NCBI GenBank assembly: GCA_014190675.1
Contig: BJGT01000005.1
Coordinates: 2,466 to 66,465 of the forward strand
Direction: 5' to 3'
Source: Comamonadaceae bacterium
GTDB taxonomy: Bacteria > Pseudomonadota > Gammaproteobacteria > Burkholderiales > Burkholderiaceae_C
Length of the DNA: 64,000 nt
The notes beneath the pieces were generated by a model. That model was not told the DNA's origin and did no database searches. It worked only from the letters and a program-made list of their open reading frames with translations. Shown in pieces: positions 35,787-45,580 of this stretch. The translations under genes were made by a program, and so were the position numbers. How positions within the stretch are numbered: the stretch's first letter is position 1; every line of letters starts with the position of its first letter.

Positions 35787-36731
35787 TCAGAGCGTGAGCA
35801 AACCGCTGTGGGCCGTCGCTTGATGCAGCCAGGCCGGCTCTTGCGCCAGCGTCAACGCGGCCTGCAGTGCGCGTGAGGGTCGGGCGGCGGCGTGCGACAT
35901 GAAGCCAATCGGCGTCTGCACCTCGGGGTTGGCTAGTGGCAAGGCTTCGAGCTCGCCGTAAGCGCGCACCGTGCCCACCAGGGCGCCCGGCATCACGCTG
36001 CAAACACTGCCCGCTAGCACGCTCAGCGCCAGCGTCAGGATGGAATTGGTCTCGATTACCGGCTGCGCCCACACCCCGGCGCTGGTGAAGGCCGCGTCAA
36101 CAATTTTGCGGTTGTGCATGTCAGGGGTCAGCAGACAGAGCGGCAGGCGCCCGGCCTCCTGCCAGGTCATGGCCGGCCCCCGCTGCAAACCCAGGGGATG
36201 GGTTTGGAGCGCACGGCGCAGCAAAAAATAGTGCTCGGTGTACTGGGGCCAGGCCACCAAGCGGGTGTCGCGCAGGCCCATGCGCTCGGTGTAACCAAGG
36301 GCCAGATCAATCGACAGATCGGCCAGGCCCTGCTCCAGTTCGTCCGAGCTCATCGACAGCACCGCCGGGCGAATGCCGGCATGGCGGGCCTGCAACAGCG
36401 CAGCAAAACGCGCCACGATAGGCATGGCCGTGGGAACGGCGCCGATGCGCACCACGCCCTGCGGCACATCGGTTTGGCTGCCCAGCTCCTGCTGCAGGAT
36501 GGCGTGCTCATGCAACATGCGCTGGGCCGAGGCTAGCACCCGCTCGCCCTCGGGCGTGAAACCGGCAAAGGCGCGGTTGCGCTTGACGATCACCACCCCG
36601 AACTCAGTCTCGAGCGCCCGCAGCGCGTTGGAGAGTGCCGGCTGCGTGATGTGACAGGCATGCGCCGCCCGGCCGAAGTGCCGGTGCTCATGCAGCGCCA
36701 CCAGGTACCGCAAGGACGACAGCAGGTTCAT
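35787..36731 (-). CDS. LysR family transcriptional regulator
   Basis: N-terminal HTH LRYLVALHEHRHFGRAAHACHITQPALSNALRALE plus a LysR substrate-binding domain. 314 aa. Confidence 0.9.
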   Translation of the reverse strand: MNLLSSLRYLVALHEHRHFGRAAHACHITQPALSNALRALETEFGVVIVKRNRAFAGFTPEGERVLASAQRMLHEHAILQQELGSQTDVPQGVVRIGAVPTAMPIVARFAALLQARHAGIRPAVLSMSSDELEQGLADLSIDLALGYTERMGLRDTRLVAWPQYTEHYFLLRRALQTHPLGLQRGPAMTWQEAGRLPLCLLTPDMHNRKIVDAAFTSAGVWAQPVIETNSILTLALSVLAGSVCSVMPGALVGTVRAYGELEALPLANPEVQTPIGFMSHAAARPSRALQAALTLAQEPAWLHQATAHSGLLTL

Positions 36732-36754
36732 GCGCGGGCCAGGGGCGCTTGGGT

Positions 36755-37846
36755 TCAGGTGTCCTTGGAGATTTTGATCGACGGGAACTTGCTGGAAAAG
36801 TCCTTGTTCTTGGCCGCAATCGACAGCGCCACCTTGCGCGCCACCGCCTTGTAAATGGCGGCCACCTCGCCATCGGGGTCGGACACCACGGTGGGCTTGC
36901 CGCTGTCGGCCTGCAGCCGGATCTGCATGTTCAGCGGCAGCGCACCCAGGTAGTCCATCTTGTAGTCTTCGGCCATGCGCCGGCCACCATCAGCGCCAAA
37001 AATGTGCTCCACATGTCCGCAGTTGCTGCACACATGCACCGCCATGTTTTCCACGATGCCCAGAATCGGCACCCCCACCTTCTCGAACATCTTGATGCCC
37101 TTCTTGGCATCCAGCAGCGCAATGTCCTGCGGCGTGGTCACCACCACAGCACCGGTCATGGGCACGCGTTGTGACAGGGTCAGCTGGATGTCGCCAGTGC
37201 CCGGAGGCATGTCCACAATCAGGTAGTCCAGTTCGCGCCAATTGGTCTGGCGCAGCAACTGTTCCAACGCCTGGGTGGCCATCGGGCCGCGCCAGATCAT
37301 GGCCTCGTCCTGCGCCACCAGAAAGCCGATCGACATCACCTGCACGCCGTAGTTCTCCAACGGCTGCATGGTCTGCCCGTCTTCGCTCTCGGGCCGGCCG
37401 TCAATACCCATCATCATCGGCACGCTGGGGCCGTAGATGTCAGCGTCCAACAGGCCAACACTGGCACCTTCGGCGGCCAGCGCCAGCGCCAGGTTGACGG
37501 CGGTGGTGCTCTTGCCCACGCCACCCTTGCCCGAGGCGACTGCCACAATGTTTTTCACTTTGGGCAGCAGTTGCACACCGCGCTGGACCGAATGCGCCAC
37601 GATGCGGCTCACCACATTGACCGACACGTTATCAACACCGACCACACCCTTGGCGGCGGCTATCAGCGCCTTGCGAAAACCGGGGATCTGGCTCTTGGCC
37701 GGGTAGCCCAACTCCACCTCAAAGGCCACATCGCCCTCATTCAAGGTGAAGTTCTTAACCGATTTGGACGAGACAAAGTCCCGCCCTGTATTGGGATCGA
37801 TCACACCCGCGAGTGCGGCCATCACCGCCTGTTCTGTCACTGCCAT
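36755..37846 (-). CDS. apbC: iron-sulfur cluster carrier protein ApbC/Mrp
   Basis: Start at ATG comp(37844..37846) (MAVTEQAVMAAL) behind AGGAG. Deviant Walker A SGKGGVGKST and CxxC (VCSNCGH). 363 aa. The track ORF is extended by 45 codons. Confidence 0.9.
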   Translation of the reverse strand: MAVTEQAVMAALAGVIDPNTGRDFVSSKSVKNFTLNEGDVAFEVELGYPAKSQIPGFRKALIAAAKGVVGVDNVSVNVVSRIVAHSVQRGVQLLPKVKNIVAVASGKGGVGKSTTAVNLALALAAEGASVGLLDADIYGPSVPMMMGIDGRPESEDGQTMQPLENYGVQVMSIGFLVAQDEAMIWRGPMATQALEQLLRQTNWRELDYLIVDMPPGTGDIQLTLSQRVPMTGAVVVTTPQDIALLDAKKGIKMFEKVGVPILGIVENMAVHVCSNCGHVEHIFGADGGRRMAEDYKMDYLGALPLNMQIRLQADSGKPTVVSDPDGEVAAIYKAVARKVALSIAAKNKDFSSKFPSIKISKDT

Positions 37847-38361
37847 AGCATCTCCTGTAGCCCGGTAGTCTAGCGAAGTGCACTGGCCCGGACGCAGCGA
37901 GGTGATGCAAGCGGGCGCCAAGCACCGTGCCGTTGGCCGCCACGGTGGGAAATGGGCGCGCAGCCAACTTGCAGGATGCAAGTTTTGGCTTGTATGGCGT
38001 GGTGCCCGCCAGCACCCAGGGCGCCACGGTCAAGACCGACGCCGTTTACTGTCTGCGCCAGCGACACAAAGCCCCAAACGGGCCACCTGGCGCTGATGCC
38101 GATACCCAAGCAGTCCACCCGCTGAGCCCCTACTTATTGATCTACATCCACGCTGAAGGCGCAGTGCGCAACAACTTTGCTGCGCCCAAACAAGTGCTGC
38201 AAATTTTCCGCGCCCTGTGCCAGGGCAAGACCGAGCCCTATGCCGACCTGTGCGCGCTGTTGGATGCCCGCAAAGCCACCAAATCCAGCACAGACTTTGA
38301 TCTCACCACTTGGCTCGTGATAAAGTAGATACGTTTTTGTATATATTTTTTTGAGGTCAAG

Positions 38362-38616
38362 ATGCTCGCCACTGCCAAAGTTTTTGTCACCGGCAACAGC
38401 CAAGCCATTCGTCTGCCCAAAGCCTTTCGGCTCGATTCAGAGGAGGTGTGGATCAGCAAATCCACGGACGGCATCCTCACGATCCAGCCCAAACCCAAAA
38501 AGGACGCGCTTGAGGCATTTCTGGCAGAACTGCGCACTGTGCCTCAGACCGAGGAATTTTTGCAACCGCGTGATGATGCGCCGCGCCCCAGCCCATTCGA
38601 AGACTGGGCTAAGTGA
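38362..38616 (+). CDS. vapB: VapB-type antitoxin (AbrB/SpoVT fold)
   Basis: 84 aa. MLATAKVFVTGNSQAIRLPKAFRL matches the AbrB-type swapped-hairpin N-terminus of VapB. ATGA overlap with the PIN gene. Confidence 0.85.
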   Translation: MLATAKVFVTGNSQAIRLPKAFRLDSEEVWISKSTDGILTIQPKPKKDALEAFLAELRTVPQTEEFLQPRDDAPRPSPFEDWAK

Positions 38617-39020
38617 TGCGCTACATGCTCGATACCAATATCATTAGTTACTATTTGCGCCGCACCTCGTCCGCACTGGAAGAGCGCGTCAACGAAGGGC
38701 TCAAAAAGCGCAATATCGCCATGTCCGCCATCGCTCGCGCCGAATTGCGGTTTGGGCAAATGGGTATGCAGCACGATGACCGCCGCCGCTCATTGATCGA
38801 TGGTTTCTTACTGCGACTGCCCAGTATCGAGTTCAGCGCAGAGGCGGCGGACCGCTACGGCCAGCTAAAGCACAGCTTAAAAATCCAAGGCAAACCCATG
38901 GGCGACATGGACACGCTGATCGCCGCCCATGCCATGGTCGAAAAACTCATTCTGGTGACGCACAACACCCGACATTTTGAGAATGTATCGGGGCTGAAAC
39001 TTGAAGACTGGATGGTTTGA
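38613..39020 (+). CDS. vapC: VapC-type PIN-domain ribonuclease toxin
   Basis: 135 aa with MLDTNIISYY (first acidic residue), ARAELRFG, MGDMDTLIAAHA and THNTRHF blocks of PIN toxins. Confidence 0.85.
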   Translation: MMRYMLDTNIISYYLRRTSSALEERVNEGLKKRNIAMSAIARAELRFGQMGMQHDDRRRSLIDGFLLRLPSIEFSAEAADRYGQLKHSLKIQGKPMGDMDTLIAAHAMVEKLILVTHNTRHFENVSGLKLEDWMV

Positions 39021-39176
39021 AGATGACAAAGCGCCCCGCCGTATGAGCCACAAACAACTTCGCGCCGACCTCCAATCTGCCTTGCAGGCTCTAGCCACCG
39101 GCGATCGACGAACCAGCGCAACCGCATTACTGGGCAAACTGGGTTACGCCAGCCACCAAACATTGGAGCTGCCCAC

Positions 39177-39389
39177 CTAAGCCCAAGCATTTGCCACAGA
39201 AATTGAAAGCATAGACAAAATAAGGGGCAGGTCGCCGATGGTGACCTGCACCACCGGACGCACCACCGGACGCACCACCAACGCATTGCCCACTCGCTCC
39301 ATGTCAATGTTCTGCGCACCCTGAACAAAAGCCAGCTCTTTGGGGATGCGCAGGGCCAGCGAATTGCCGATCTTGGAAACTCGGGGCAA
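39177..39389 (-). CDS. orphan AbrB/MazE/SpoVT-family antitoxin-like protein
   Basis: 70 aa. MPRVSKIGNSLALRIPKELAFVQGAQNIDMERVGNALVVRP is an AbrB-type DNA-binding fold. No cognate toxin gene lies downstream. It contains a 12-bp tandem duplication. Confidence 0.55.
   Translation of the reverse strand: MPRVSKIGNSLALRIPKELAFVQGAQNIDMERVGNALVVRPVVRPVVQVTIGDLPLILSMLSISVANAWA
39248..39279. repeat. 12-bp tandem repeat GCACCACCGGAC x2 plus an 8-nt partial third copy
   Basis: Read directly: gcaccaccggac gcaccaccggac gcaccacc. It encodes the VVRPVVRPVV stretch of the AbrB-like ORF on the minus strand. Confidence 0.8.
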
Positions 39390-39425
39390 GATCGGCTTAG
39401 CTCCTGGAATACGAAAGTAGACACG

Positions 39426-39465
39426 GGATATACATGGATATACAAAAGCAATAGGGTCATGACCC
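39426..39465. promoter_or_regulatory. tandem GGATATACA x2 and perfect 12-bp palindrome GGGTCATGACCC
   Basis: GGATATACA at 39426-39434 and 39436-39444. GGGTCATGACCC at 39454-39465, followed by a second CATGACCC. Located 37-76 bp upstream of the AbrB-like ORF and about 75-110 bp upstream of metG. Confidence 0.35.
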
Positions 39466-39537
39466 GGCCCATGACCCTGGCCCTGACACCCCCGCTGACT
39501 AAAATCACTCCCTCACTCCCCGAGAGCCTCTGCCCCC

Positions 39538-41658
39538 ATGTCGCGCCAACTGTTTGTCACCACCGCCCTGCCTTACGCCAACGGCACCTTCCACATCGGC
39601 CACATCATGGAGTACATCCAGGCCGACATCTGGGTGCGGTTCCAGCGCATGCAGGGCCATGCGGTGCACTTTGTCTGCGCCGACGATGCGCACGGCGCAC
39701 CGATCATGATCGCGGCGCAAAAGGCCGGCAAGACGCCGCAGCAGTTTGTGGCCGACATTGCCGCCGGCCGCAAGCCCTACCTGGACGGCTTTCACATCGC
39801 CTTTGACAATTGGCACTCCACCGATGGCGCCGAGAACCACGAGCTGGCGCAGGACATTTACCGCAGCCTCAAGGCCAACGGCCTGATTGCCAAGCGCACC
39901 ATCGCGCAGTTTTTTGACCCTGAGCGCGGCATGTTCCTGCCCGACCGCTTCATCAAGGGAGAATGCCCCAAGTGCGGCGACAAAGACCAGTACGGCGACA
40001 ACTGCGAGTCCTGCGGTGCGGTCTACAGCCCGACCGAGCTGAAAAACCCCTACTCCGCCCTGTCTGGCGCCACGCCGGTGCTGCGCGACTCGGAGCACTA
40101 TTTCTTCCAGCTGTCCGACCCGCGCTGCGCCGCCTTTCTCGAGGCCTGGACCCAGGGCAGCAATGCGCGCGGCGTGCCGCACCTGCAACCCGAGGTGTTC
40201 AACAAGATCAAGGAATGGCTGCTGCCCAAAGAAGACGGCCAGCGCGACCTGGGCGACTGGGACATCAGCCGCGACGCACCCTACTTCGGCATCGAGATCC
40301 CCGATGCGCCGGGCAAGTACTTTTATGTTTGGCTCGACGCGCCCATCGGCTACCTGGCCTCGCTCAAGAACCTTTTTGTGCGCCGGGCCGGCGACGCAGC
40401 CCTGGGAGCGCAGCAGTTTGACGCCTTCCTGGCCGACCCGGCCACAGAACAGGTGCACTTCATTGGCAAGGACATCATCACCTTCCACACCCTGTTCTGG
40501 CCGGCCATGCTGCATTTCAGCGGCCGCAAGGTGCCGGACGCCATCAACGTGCACGGCTTCCTGACCGTCAACAGCGAAAAAATGAGCAAAAGCCGGGGCA
40601 CCGGCCTGGACCCGCTCAAATACCTGAGCCTGGGCATGAACCCCGAATGGCTGCGCTACTACCTAGCGGCCAAGCTGAACGGCCGCAACGAAGACGTCGA
40701 GTTCAACCCCGAAGACTTCATGGCACGGGTCAACAGCGATCTGATCGGCAAATACGTCAATATTGCCAGCCGGGCGGCCGGCTTCATCGCCAAACGCTTT
40801 GACGGCGCGCTTGGCGAGGTGTCGGCCGACGGTCAAGCGTTGCTGACGGCGCTGCGCGGCGCGCAGGACACCATCGCCCAGTTGTACGAGAACCGTGACA
40901 CCGCGCGCGCACTGCGCGACACCATGCTGCTGGCCGACCGAGTCAATGAGTATGTGGACGCCAACAAACCCTGGGAACTGGCCAAACAGGCCGGCATGGA
41001 CGCGCGCCTGCAGGACGTGTGCACCCTGTGCATCGAAGCCTTCCGGGTGCTGTCGGTCTACCTGAAGCCAGTGCTGCCCACACTGGCAGCCCAGGTCGAG
41101 GCGCTGCTGGGCGTGGCACCGCTGACCCTGGCCGACGCCGCCGTGGCGCTGGGCGCCGGGCACCGCATCGGCAGCTACCAGCACCTGATGCAACGCGTTG
41201 ATGTGAAACAACTTGAGGCCTTGTTTGAGGCGCCAGCCCCCTTGGCGACTGAGGCTGCAGCTATTGAATCTGCAGCACCAGGTGGCCAGGACATCGGCCC
41301 GGCCATCGGCATCGACGACTTTACCAAGGTGGACCTGCGTATCGCCAAAATCGTGCAGTGCGAGACGGTAGAGGGCTCCAGCAAGCTGCTGCGCCTCACC
41401 TTGGACGCTGGCGAGACCGACGCCGCCGGCCAGCCGCGGCTGCGCAACGTGTTCAGCGGCATTGCCAGCGCCTACCGGCCCGAGCAGCTGACTGGGCAGC
41501 TGACGGTACTGGTGGCCAACCTGGCGCCGCGCAAAATGAAGTTTGGCGTGTCCGAGGGCATGGTGCTGGCCGCCAGCCATGCTGATGAGAAAAAGCAGCC
41601 GGGCATCTTCATCCTCAACCCTGGGCCTGGCGCCACCCCCGGCCTGCGGGTGCGTTAG
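39538..41658 (+). CDS. metG: methionine--tRNA ligase
   Basis: 706 aa with [11 protein letters not shown] (HIGH), KMSKS, zinc knuckles CPKCG/CESCG and a C-terminal tRNA-binding (Trbp111-like) domain. Confidence 0.97.
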   Translation: MSRQLFVTTALPYANGTFHIGHIMEYIQADIWVRFQRMQGHAVHFVCADDAHGAPIMIAAQKAGKTPQQFVADIAAGRKPYLDGFHIAFDNWHSTDGAENHELAQDIYRSLKANGLIAKRTIAQFFDPERGMFLPDRFIKGECPKCGDKDQYGDNCESCGAVYSPTELKNPYSALSGATPVLRDSEHYFFQLSDPRCAAFLEAWTQGSNARGVPHLQPEVFNKIKEWLLPKEDGQRDLGDWDISRDAPYFGIEIPDAPGKYFYVWLDAPIGYLASLKNLFVRRAGDAALGAQQFDAFLADPATEQVHFIGKDIITFHTLFWPAMLHFSGRKVPDAINVHGFLTVNSEKMSKSRGTGLDPLKYLSLGMNPEWLRYYLAAKLNGRNEDVEFNPEDFMARVNSDLIGKYVNIASRAAGFIAKRFDGALGEVSADGQALLTALRGAQDTIAQLYENRDTARALRDTMLLADRVNEYVDANKPWELAKQAGMDARLQDVCTLCIEAFRVLSVYLKPVLPTLAAQVEALLGVAPLTLADAAVALGAGHRIGSYQHLMQRVDVKQLEALFEAPAPLATEAAAIESAAPGGQDIGPAIGIDDFTKVDLRIAKIVQCETVEGSSKLLRLTLDAGETDAAGQPRLRNVFSGIASAYRPEQLTGQLTVLVANLAPRKMKFGVSEGMVLAASHADEKKQPGIFILNPGPGATPGLRVR

Positions 41659-41817
41659 CCCCTCCCGATATTTTCTGACTGCGAGATCAGCATGATTCCC
41701 TTGATCCGCAGCACCAACTTGACCCCTGCGGCCTACCAAATACCCACAAGGAACGACTGTTATCCCTAATTTAAGCGCCCAAGCTGAATCAATGCGCCTT
41801 CCATAAAAACAGCCCCC

Positions 41818-43479
41818 GTGCACGCCCCTCTGTTCTTTCAACCCAAGCTGCTGGAGGCTTTGCGGGGCTACAACCGCCAGCGCCTGCTGCGAGACATTGG
41901 CGCAGGCGTCACGGTCGGGGTGCTGGCGTTGCCACTGGCCATGGCTTTTGCGATAGCCAGTGGCGTCAAGCCCGAGGCCGGGCTGTTCACCGCCATCATT
42001 GCCGGCTTTCTGATCTCGGCGCTGGGCGGCAGCCGGGTGCAAATCGGTGGGCCGGCCGGCGCATTCATCGTGATCGTGTACGGCATTGTCGAGCGCTATG
42101 GCCTTGCCAATCTGATCATCGCCACGGCCATGTCCGGAGTGATGCTGTTCGCTATGGGCCTGTTCAGGCTCGGCAGCCTGGTACGCTTCATTCCGGTAGC
42201 GGTGGTGATCGGTTTTACCAATGGCATCGCCGTGCTTATAGCGCTGTCGCAGATCAAAGACTTTTTAGGCCTGCGCACGAGCATCATGCCGGCTGATTTC
42301 TTTGGCATGCTCGCTACGCTGCAAGCCGCACTGCCCAGCTTCAATGGCACGGCCACCTTGTTGGCCTTGGCCTGCCTGGGCCTGCTGCTGCTGTGGCAGT
42401 TTGCCCTGCCCGCGTTGGGGCGCCGACAGCCTGCGCTCACACGCGTGGCGCTGGTGCCGGGCTCGATCGTGGTGCTGGTGCTGGCCACCACCGGTGTCGC
42501 GCTGGGGCACTGGCCGGTAGAGACCATTGGCAGCCGCTTTGGCGGCATACCCACGAGCCTGCCCACGCTGCAGTGGCCCGCATTGGGCTGGGACACGGTG
42601 CAATCACTCTTCAGGCCAGCCCTGACGCTGGCGCTGTTGGGCGCGATCGAGTCGCTGTTGTGCGCGCGGGTTGCCGACGGCATGACGGGCGACCGCCATG
42701 ACCCGAACCAGGAGCTGATGGCCCAGGGCATCGCCAATGTTGTTACGCCTTTTTTTGGCGGCATGCCGGCCACCGGCACGATTGCACGCACTGTGACCAA
42801 TGTGAAAAGTGGCGCCAGTTCGCCGGTAGCGGGCCTCGTGCATACCCTCACCCTGCTGATGCTGATGCTGGCAGCAGCACCGCTGGCCAGCCACATCCCG
42901 CTGGCGGCGATGGCGGCAATCCTGATGTTTGTGGCGTGGAACATGGGCGAATGGCGCAAGTTCCTGCAGCTGGGGCAATTCCGCCTGCCCTACCGGCTCA
43001 CGCTGCTGTCGGTGTTTTTACTCACCGTGGTGGCCGACCTCACCGTGGCGGTCGAAGTCGGCCTGCTAGCCGCCTGTCTGACTTTCATCTACCGTATTTC
43101 CAGCCTGTCACGGCTCGACCCTGTGAGCGCCGCAGACCATGGCGAACTCGCTGGCAGCAGCCCCCGGGTAGCGGCTTACCGGCTGCACGGCGCCTTGTTT
43201 TTTGGCGCTGTCAAACTGATCGACGACTTGCAAGACCACCTACCCAAGGCCGAATTGGTGCTCGACCTCAAGCACCTGATTTACGTGGATTCCTCCGGCG
43301 CCGAGGCCTTGAGCGATCTGGCCCGCGCCTGCGACAAAAACGCTGTGCGGCTGAGCCTGTGTGGCCTGAACCACCAAGCGCTTGACATGCTGCAACGCAG
43401 TGGCTTGCGTGAACGGCTGGGCAAACATGCCCGGCACACCGACCTGAGCAGTGCCCTGACGGCGGTGCTGTCCCGCTAA
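41818..43479 (+). CDS. SulP family inorganic anion transporter with C-terminal STAS domain
   Basis: 553 aa. N-terminus ...LRDIGAGVTVGVLALPLAMAFAIASG, many TM segments and a STAS-like tail (AYRLHGALFFGAV...YVDSSGAEAL). Confidence 0.9.
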   Translation: MHAPLFFQPKLLEALRGYNRQRLLRDIGAGVTVGVLALPLAMAFAIASGVKPEAGLFTAIIAGFLISALGGSRVQIGGPAGAFIVIVYGIVERYGLANLIIATAMSGVMLFAMGLFRLGSLVRFIPVAVVIGFTNGIAVLIALSQIKDFLGLRTSIMPADFFGMLATLQAALPSFNGTATLLALACLGLLLLWQFALPALGRRQPALTRVALVPGSIVVLVLATTGVALGHWPVETIGSRFGGIPTSLPTLQWPALGWDTVQSLFRPALTLALLGAIESLLCARVADGMTGDRHDPNQELMAQGIANVVTPFFGGMPATGTIARTVTNVKSGASSPVAGLVHTLTLLMLMLAAAPLASHIPLAAMAAILMFVAWNMGEWRKFLQLGQFRLPYRLTLLSVFLLTVVADLTVAVEVGLLAACLTFIYRISSLSRLDPVSAADHGELAGSSPRVAAYRLHGALFFGAVKLIDDLQDHLPKAELVLDLKHLIYVDSSGAEALSDLARACDKNAVRLSLCGLNHQALDMLQRSGLRERLGKHARHTDLSSALTAVLSR

Positions 43480-43500
43480 AATCAGCGCAAAGGCTTCACC

Positions 43501-43713
43501 ATGAATTTTTTTTACCGCGCGCCCTACCAGTCCGACACCACCCGCTTTGTGGCGGAGCTCAAAGCGAAAGACCCGGCCCTTGAAGCCAAACAGCGTCACG
43601 GGCGAGAATTGCTTTGGGACAAGGCTATTGATCGGCGGGCGCAAAGCGAGCAGCGCGAAGCCGGCGTGGCGCAAAAGCCCTACGTCTACCAAACCGACAG
43701 CCAGCAGGCTTGA
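43501..43713 (+). CDS. small conserved protein (DUF3460-like)
   Basis: 70 aa: MNFFYRAPYQSDTTRFVAELKAKDPALEAKQRHGRELLWDK. From memory, this family sits upstream of scpA in betaproteobacteria. Its stop overlaps the scpA start. Confidence 0.55.
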   Translation: MNFFYRAPYQSDTTRFVAELKAKDPALEAKQRHGRELLWDKAIDRRAQSEQREAGVAQKPYVYQTDSQQA

Positions 43714-44531
43714 GCGTGGCTGAAGCGGCGGCCATGCCCGAGGTGGTCGACCATGTGGCGGTGGCGCGTCTTTACGGTGAGCCGCTGTTCTCCATCCCGC
43801 AAGACCTGTACATACCCCCGGATGCGCTCGAAGTTTTCCTGGAGGCCTTCGAAGGTCCGCTGGACCTGCTGCTCTACCTGATTCGCAAGCAAAACTTCAA
43901 TATCCTGGACATCCCCATGGCTGGCGTTACGCGCCAGTACCTAAGCTATGTGGAAGAAATCCGTGGCCGCAACCTGGAGCTGGCGGCCGAATACCTGCTG
44001 ATGGCCGCCATGCTGATCGAGATCAAGTCGCGCATGCTGCTGCCGCCGCGCAAGGTGGCAGAGGGCCAGGAGGCCGAAGACCCGCGCGCCGAGTTGGTGC
44101 GCCGGTTGCTGGAATACGAGCAAATGAAGCTCGCGGGGGCCCGCCTGAATGCGCTGCCCCAGCTGGGTCGGGATTTTCTCAAGGCCCAGGTGTTCATCGA
44201 ACAATCGCTGCAACCGCGCTTCCCAGAAGTGCACCTGGCTGACCTACAGGAGGCCTGGCGCGACATTCTGAAACGGGCCCGGCTGGTCCAGCACCACCAC
44301 ATCACCCGTGCTGAACTCTCAGTGCGCGAGCACATGAGCCTGGTGCTCAAAAAACTCCAAGGCCGACGCTTTGTTGAGTTTGAGGATCTGTTTGACGCCA
44401 CCAAAGGTGCGCCGGTGCTGGTGGTGACCTTCATCGCGCTGCTCGAGCTGGCCAAGGAAACCCTGGTGGAAATTACCCAAGCCGAGGCCTTCGCCCCCAT
44501 CTACGTGCGTCTGGCTTACACCCCGACCTGA
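43710..44531 (+). CDS. scpA: segregation and condensation protein A
   Basis: [35 protein letters not shown] is the hallmark ScpA N-terminal block. The start codon choice (TTG 43710, GTG 43716 or ATG 43734) is uncertain. Confidence 0.9.
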   Translation: MSVAEAAAMPEVVDHVAVARLYGEPLFSIPQDLYIPPDALEVFLEAFEGPLDLLLYLIRKQNFNILDIPMAGVTRQYLSYVEEIRGRNLELAAEYLLMAAMLIEIKSRMLLPPRKVAEGQEAEDPRAELVRRLLEYEQMKLAGARLNALPQLGRDFLKAQVFIEQSLQPRFPEVHLADLQEAWRDILKRARLVQHHHITRAELSVREHMSLVLKKLQGRRFVEFEDLFDATKGAPVLVVTFIALLELAKETLVEITQAEAFAPIYVRLAYTPT

Positions 44532-45544
44532 GCCAGCTCGAACCCTGGCTCGCGCCCCATCAGCAGCGCCACCGCCTCAGCGGGCTGTAACTGGCCGTCA
44601 AGCAGGGCGACAACGGTTTGTGCGATTGGCAGTTCTAGGCCGAGTTGCCGAGCCCGCTGCACCACGGTTCGTGCGCTGTAAACGCCCTCTGCTACATGAC
44701 CGAGACCGGCCAGGGCTACGGCACAACTTTGGCCAGCCGCCAGCGCCAGTCCGACCTGGCGATTGCGCGACAGATCTCCGGTGGCAGTCAGCACCAGATC
44801 GCCCAGGCCGCTCAGGCCCATGAAGGTATCCGGCCGGGCACCTAGCGCCACGCCCAGTCGGGTCATCTCGGCCAGGCCCCGGGTGATCAGGGCCGCGCGC
44901 GCATTGGCACCCAGGTTCAAGCCGTCACACAAGCCAGCGGCAATAGCCAGCACGTTTTTGACCGCGCCGCCTACCTCCACCCCCACCAGGTCATCGTTGG
45001 CGTAAACCCGCAGTGTTGGCCCATGAAAGGCCGCCATCAGCGCCTGGCGCACCACCGCATGGGCACTGGCTGCCACCAGGGCCGTGGGTTGTCCACGGGC
45101 CACCTCCACCGCAAAACTCGGGCCGCTCAGCGCACCGGCCAGCACCCGGGGCGCTACCTGACTTTGTACTTCGTGAGCCAAACAACCAGGGCTATCCGAT
45201 CGGCCGGCCTCGAACCCCTTGCTCAGCCAGGCCAAGGGCGCCCGGCAATCGGCCAGTTGCGCCAACAAGGCCCGCAATCCCACCATGGGCGTGGCGAGCA
45301 CCACCAAGTCGGCCCGCTCGAGCAAGGCCGCCGCCGTGCTGTTCTCCGGCCCCTTAATTGTCAGCGTATGGGGCAGTGCCACACCCGGCAAATAAAGCCG
45401 ATTCTCCCGCCCAGTCTGCATAGCCGCAGCCTGCTGTGCGTCACGGGCCCACAGGGTGATGTCGTGGCCGTGCCGTGTTTGGCTTGCAACGCTCACCGCC
45501 AGCGCCGTGCCCCAAGCGCCGGCACCGACGATGGCAATTCTCAT
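44516..45544 (-). CDS. gpsA: NAD(P)H-dependent glycerol-3-phosphate dehydrogenase
   Basis: 342 aa with [16 protein letters not shown] Rossmann start and GpsA-type blocks ([17 protein letters not shown]). Confidence 0.95.
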   Translation of the reverse strand: MRIAIVGAGAWGTALAVSVASQTRHGHDITLWARDAQQAAAMQTGRENRLYLPGVALPHTLTIKGPENSTAAALLERADLVVLATPMVGLRALLAQLADCRAPLAWLSKGFEAGRSDSPGCLAHEVQSQVAPRVLAGALSGPSFAVEVARGQPTALVAASAHAVVRQALMAAFHGPTLRVYANDDLVGVEVGGAVKNVLAIAAGLCDGLNLGANARAALITRGLAEMTRLGVALGARPDTFMGLSGLGDLVLTATGDLSRNRQVGLALAAGQSCAVALAGLGHVAEGVYSARTVVQRARQLGLELPIAQTVVALLDGQLQPAEAVALLMGREPGFELAQVGV

Positions 45545-45580
45545 GGCGTCTCAGGACTCAGGACTCAAGGCCCGAAAGGC

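Noticed and set aside
37966-37984. Hairpin AACTTGCA-GGA-TGCAAGTT followed by TT
   Set aside because: The 8-bp stem is perfect but AT-rich, the loop is 3 nt and the U-tract is minimal. No upstream plus-strand gene exists for it to terminate. That is not enough to call a terminator.
37927-38328. 133-codon plus-strand ORF between apbC and vapB
   Set aside because: I recognise no motif and there is no RBS. The first half overlaps the apbC promoter region. I keep it only as possible remnant DNA (see the apbC-metG finding).
39505-42042. 349-aa and 459-aa minus-strand ORFs opposite metG and the SulP gene start
   Set aside because: They are antisense to genes with clear signatures (HIGH/KMSKS). Composition is low-complexity and there is no RBS or motif support. 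This is the same GC artefact.
45552-45565. 7-bp tandem CAGGACT CAGGACT between gpsA start and secB stop
   Set aside because: There are only two copies in a 36-nt intergenic spacer. It most likely just contributes the gpsA RBS region, and I see no further structure.
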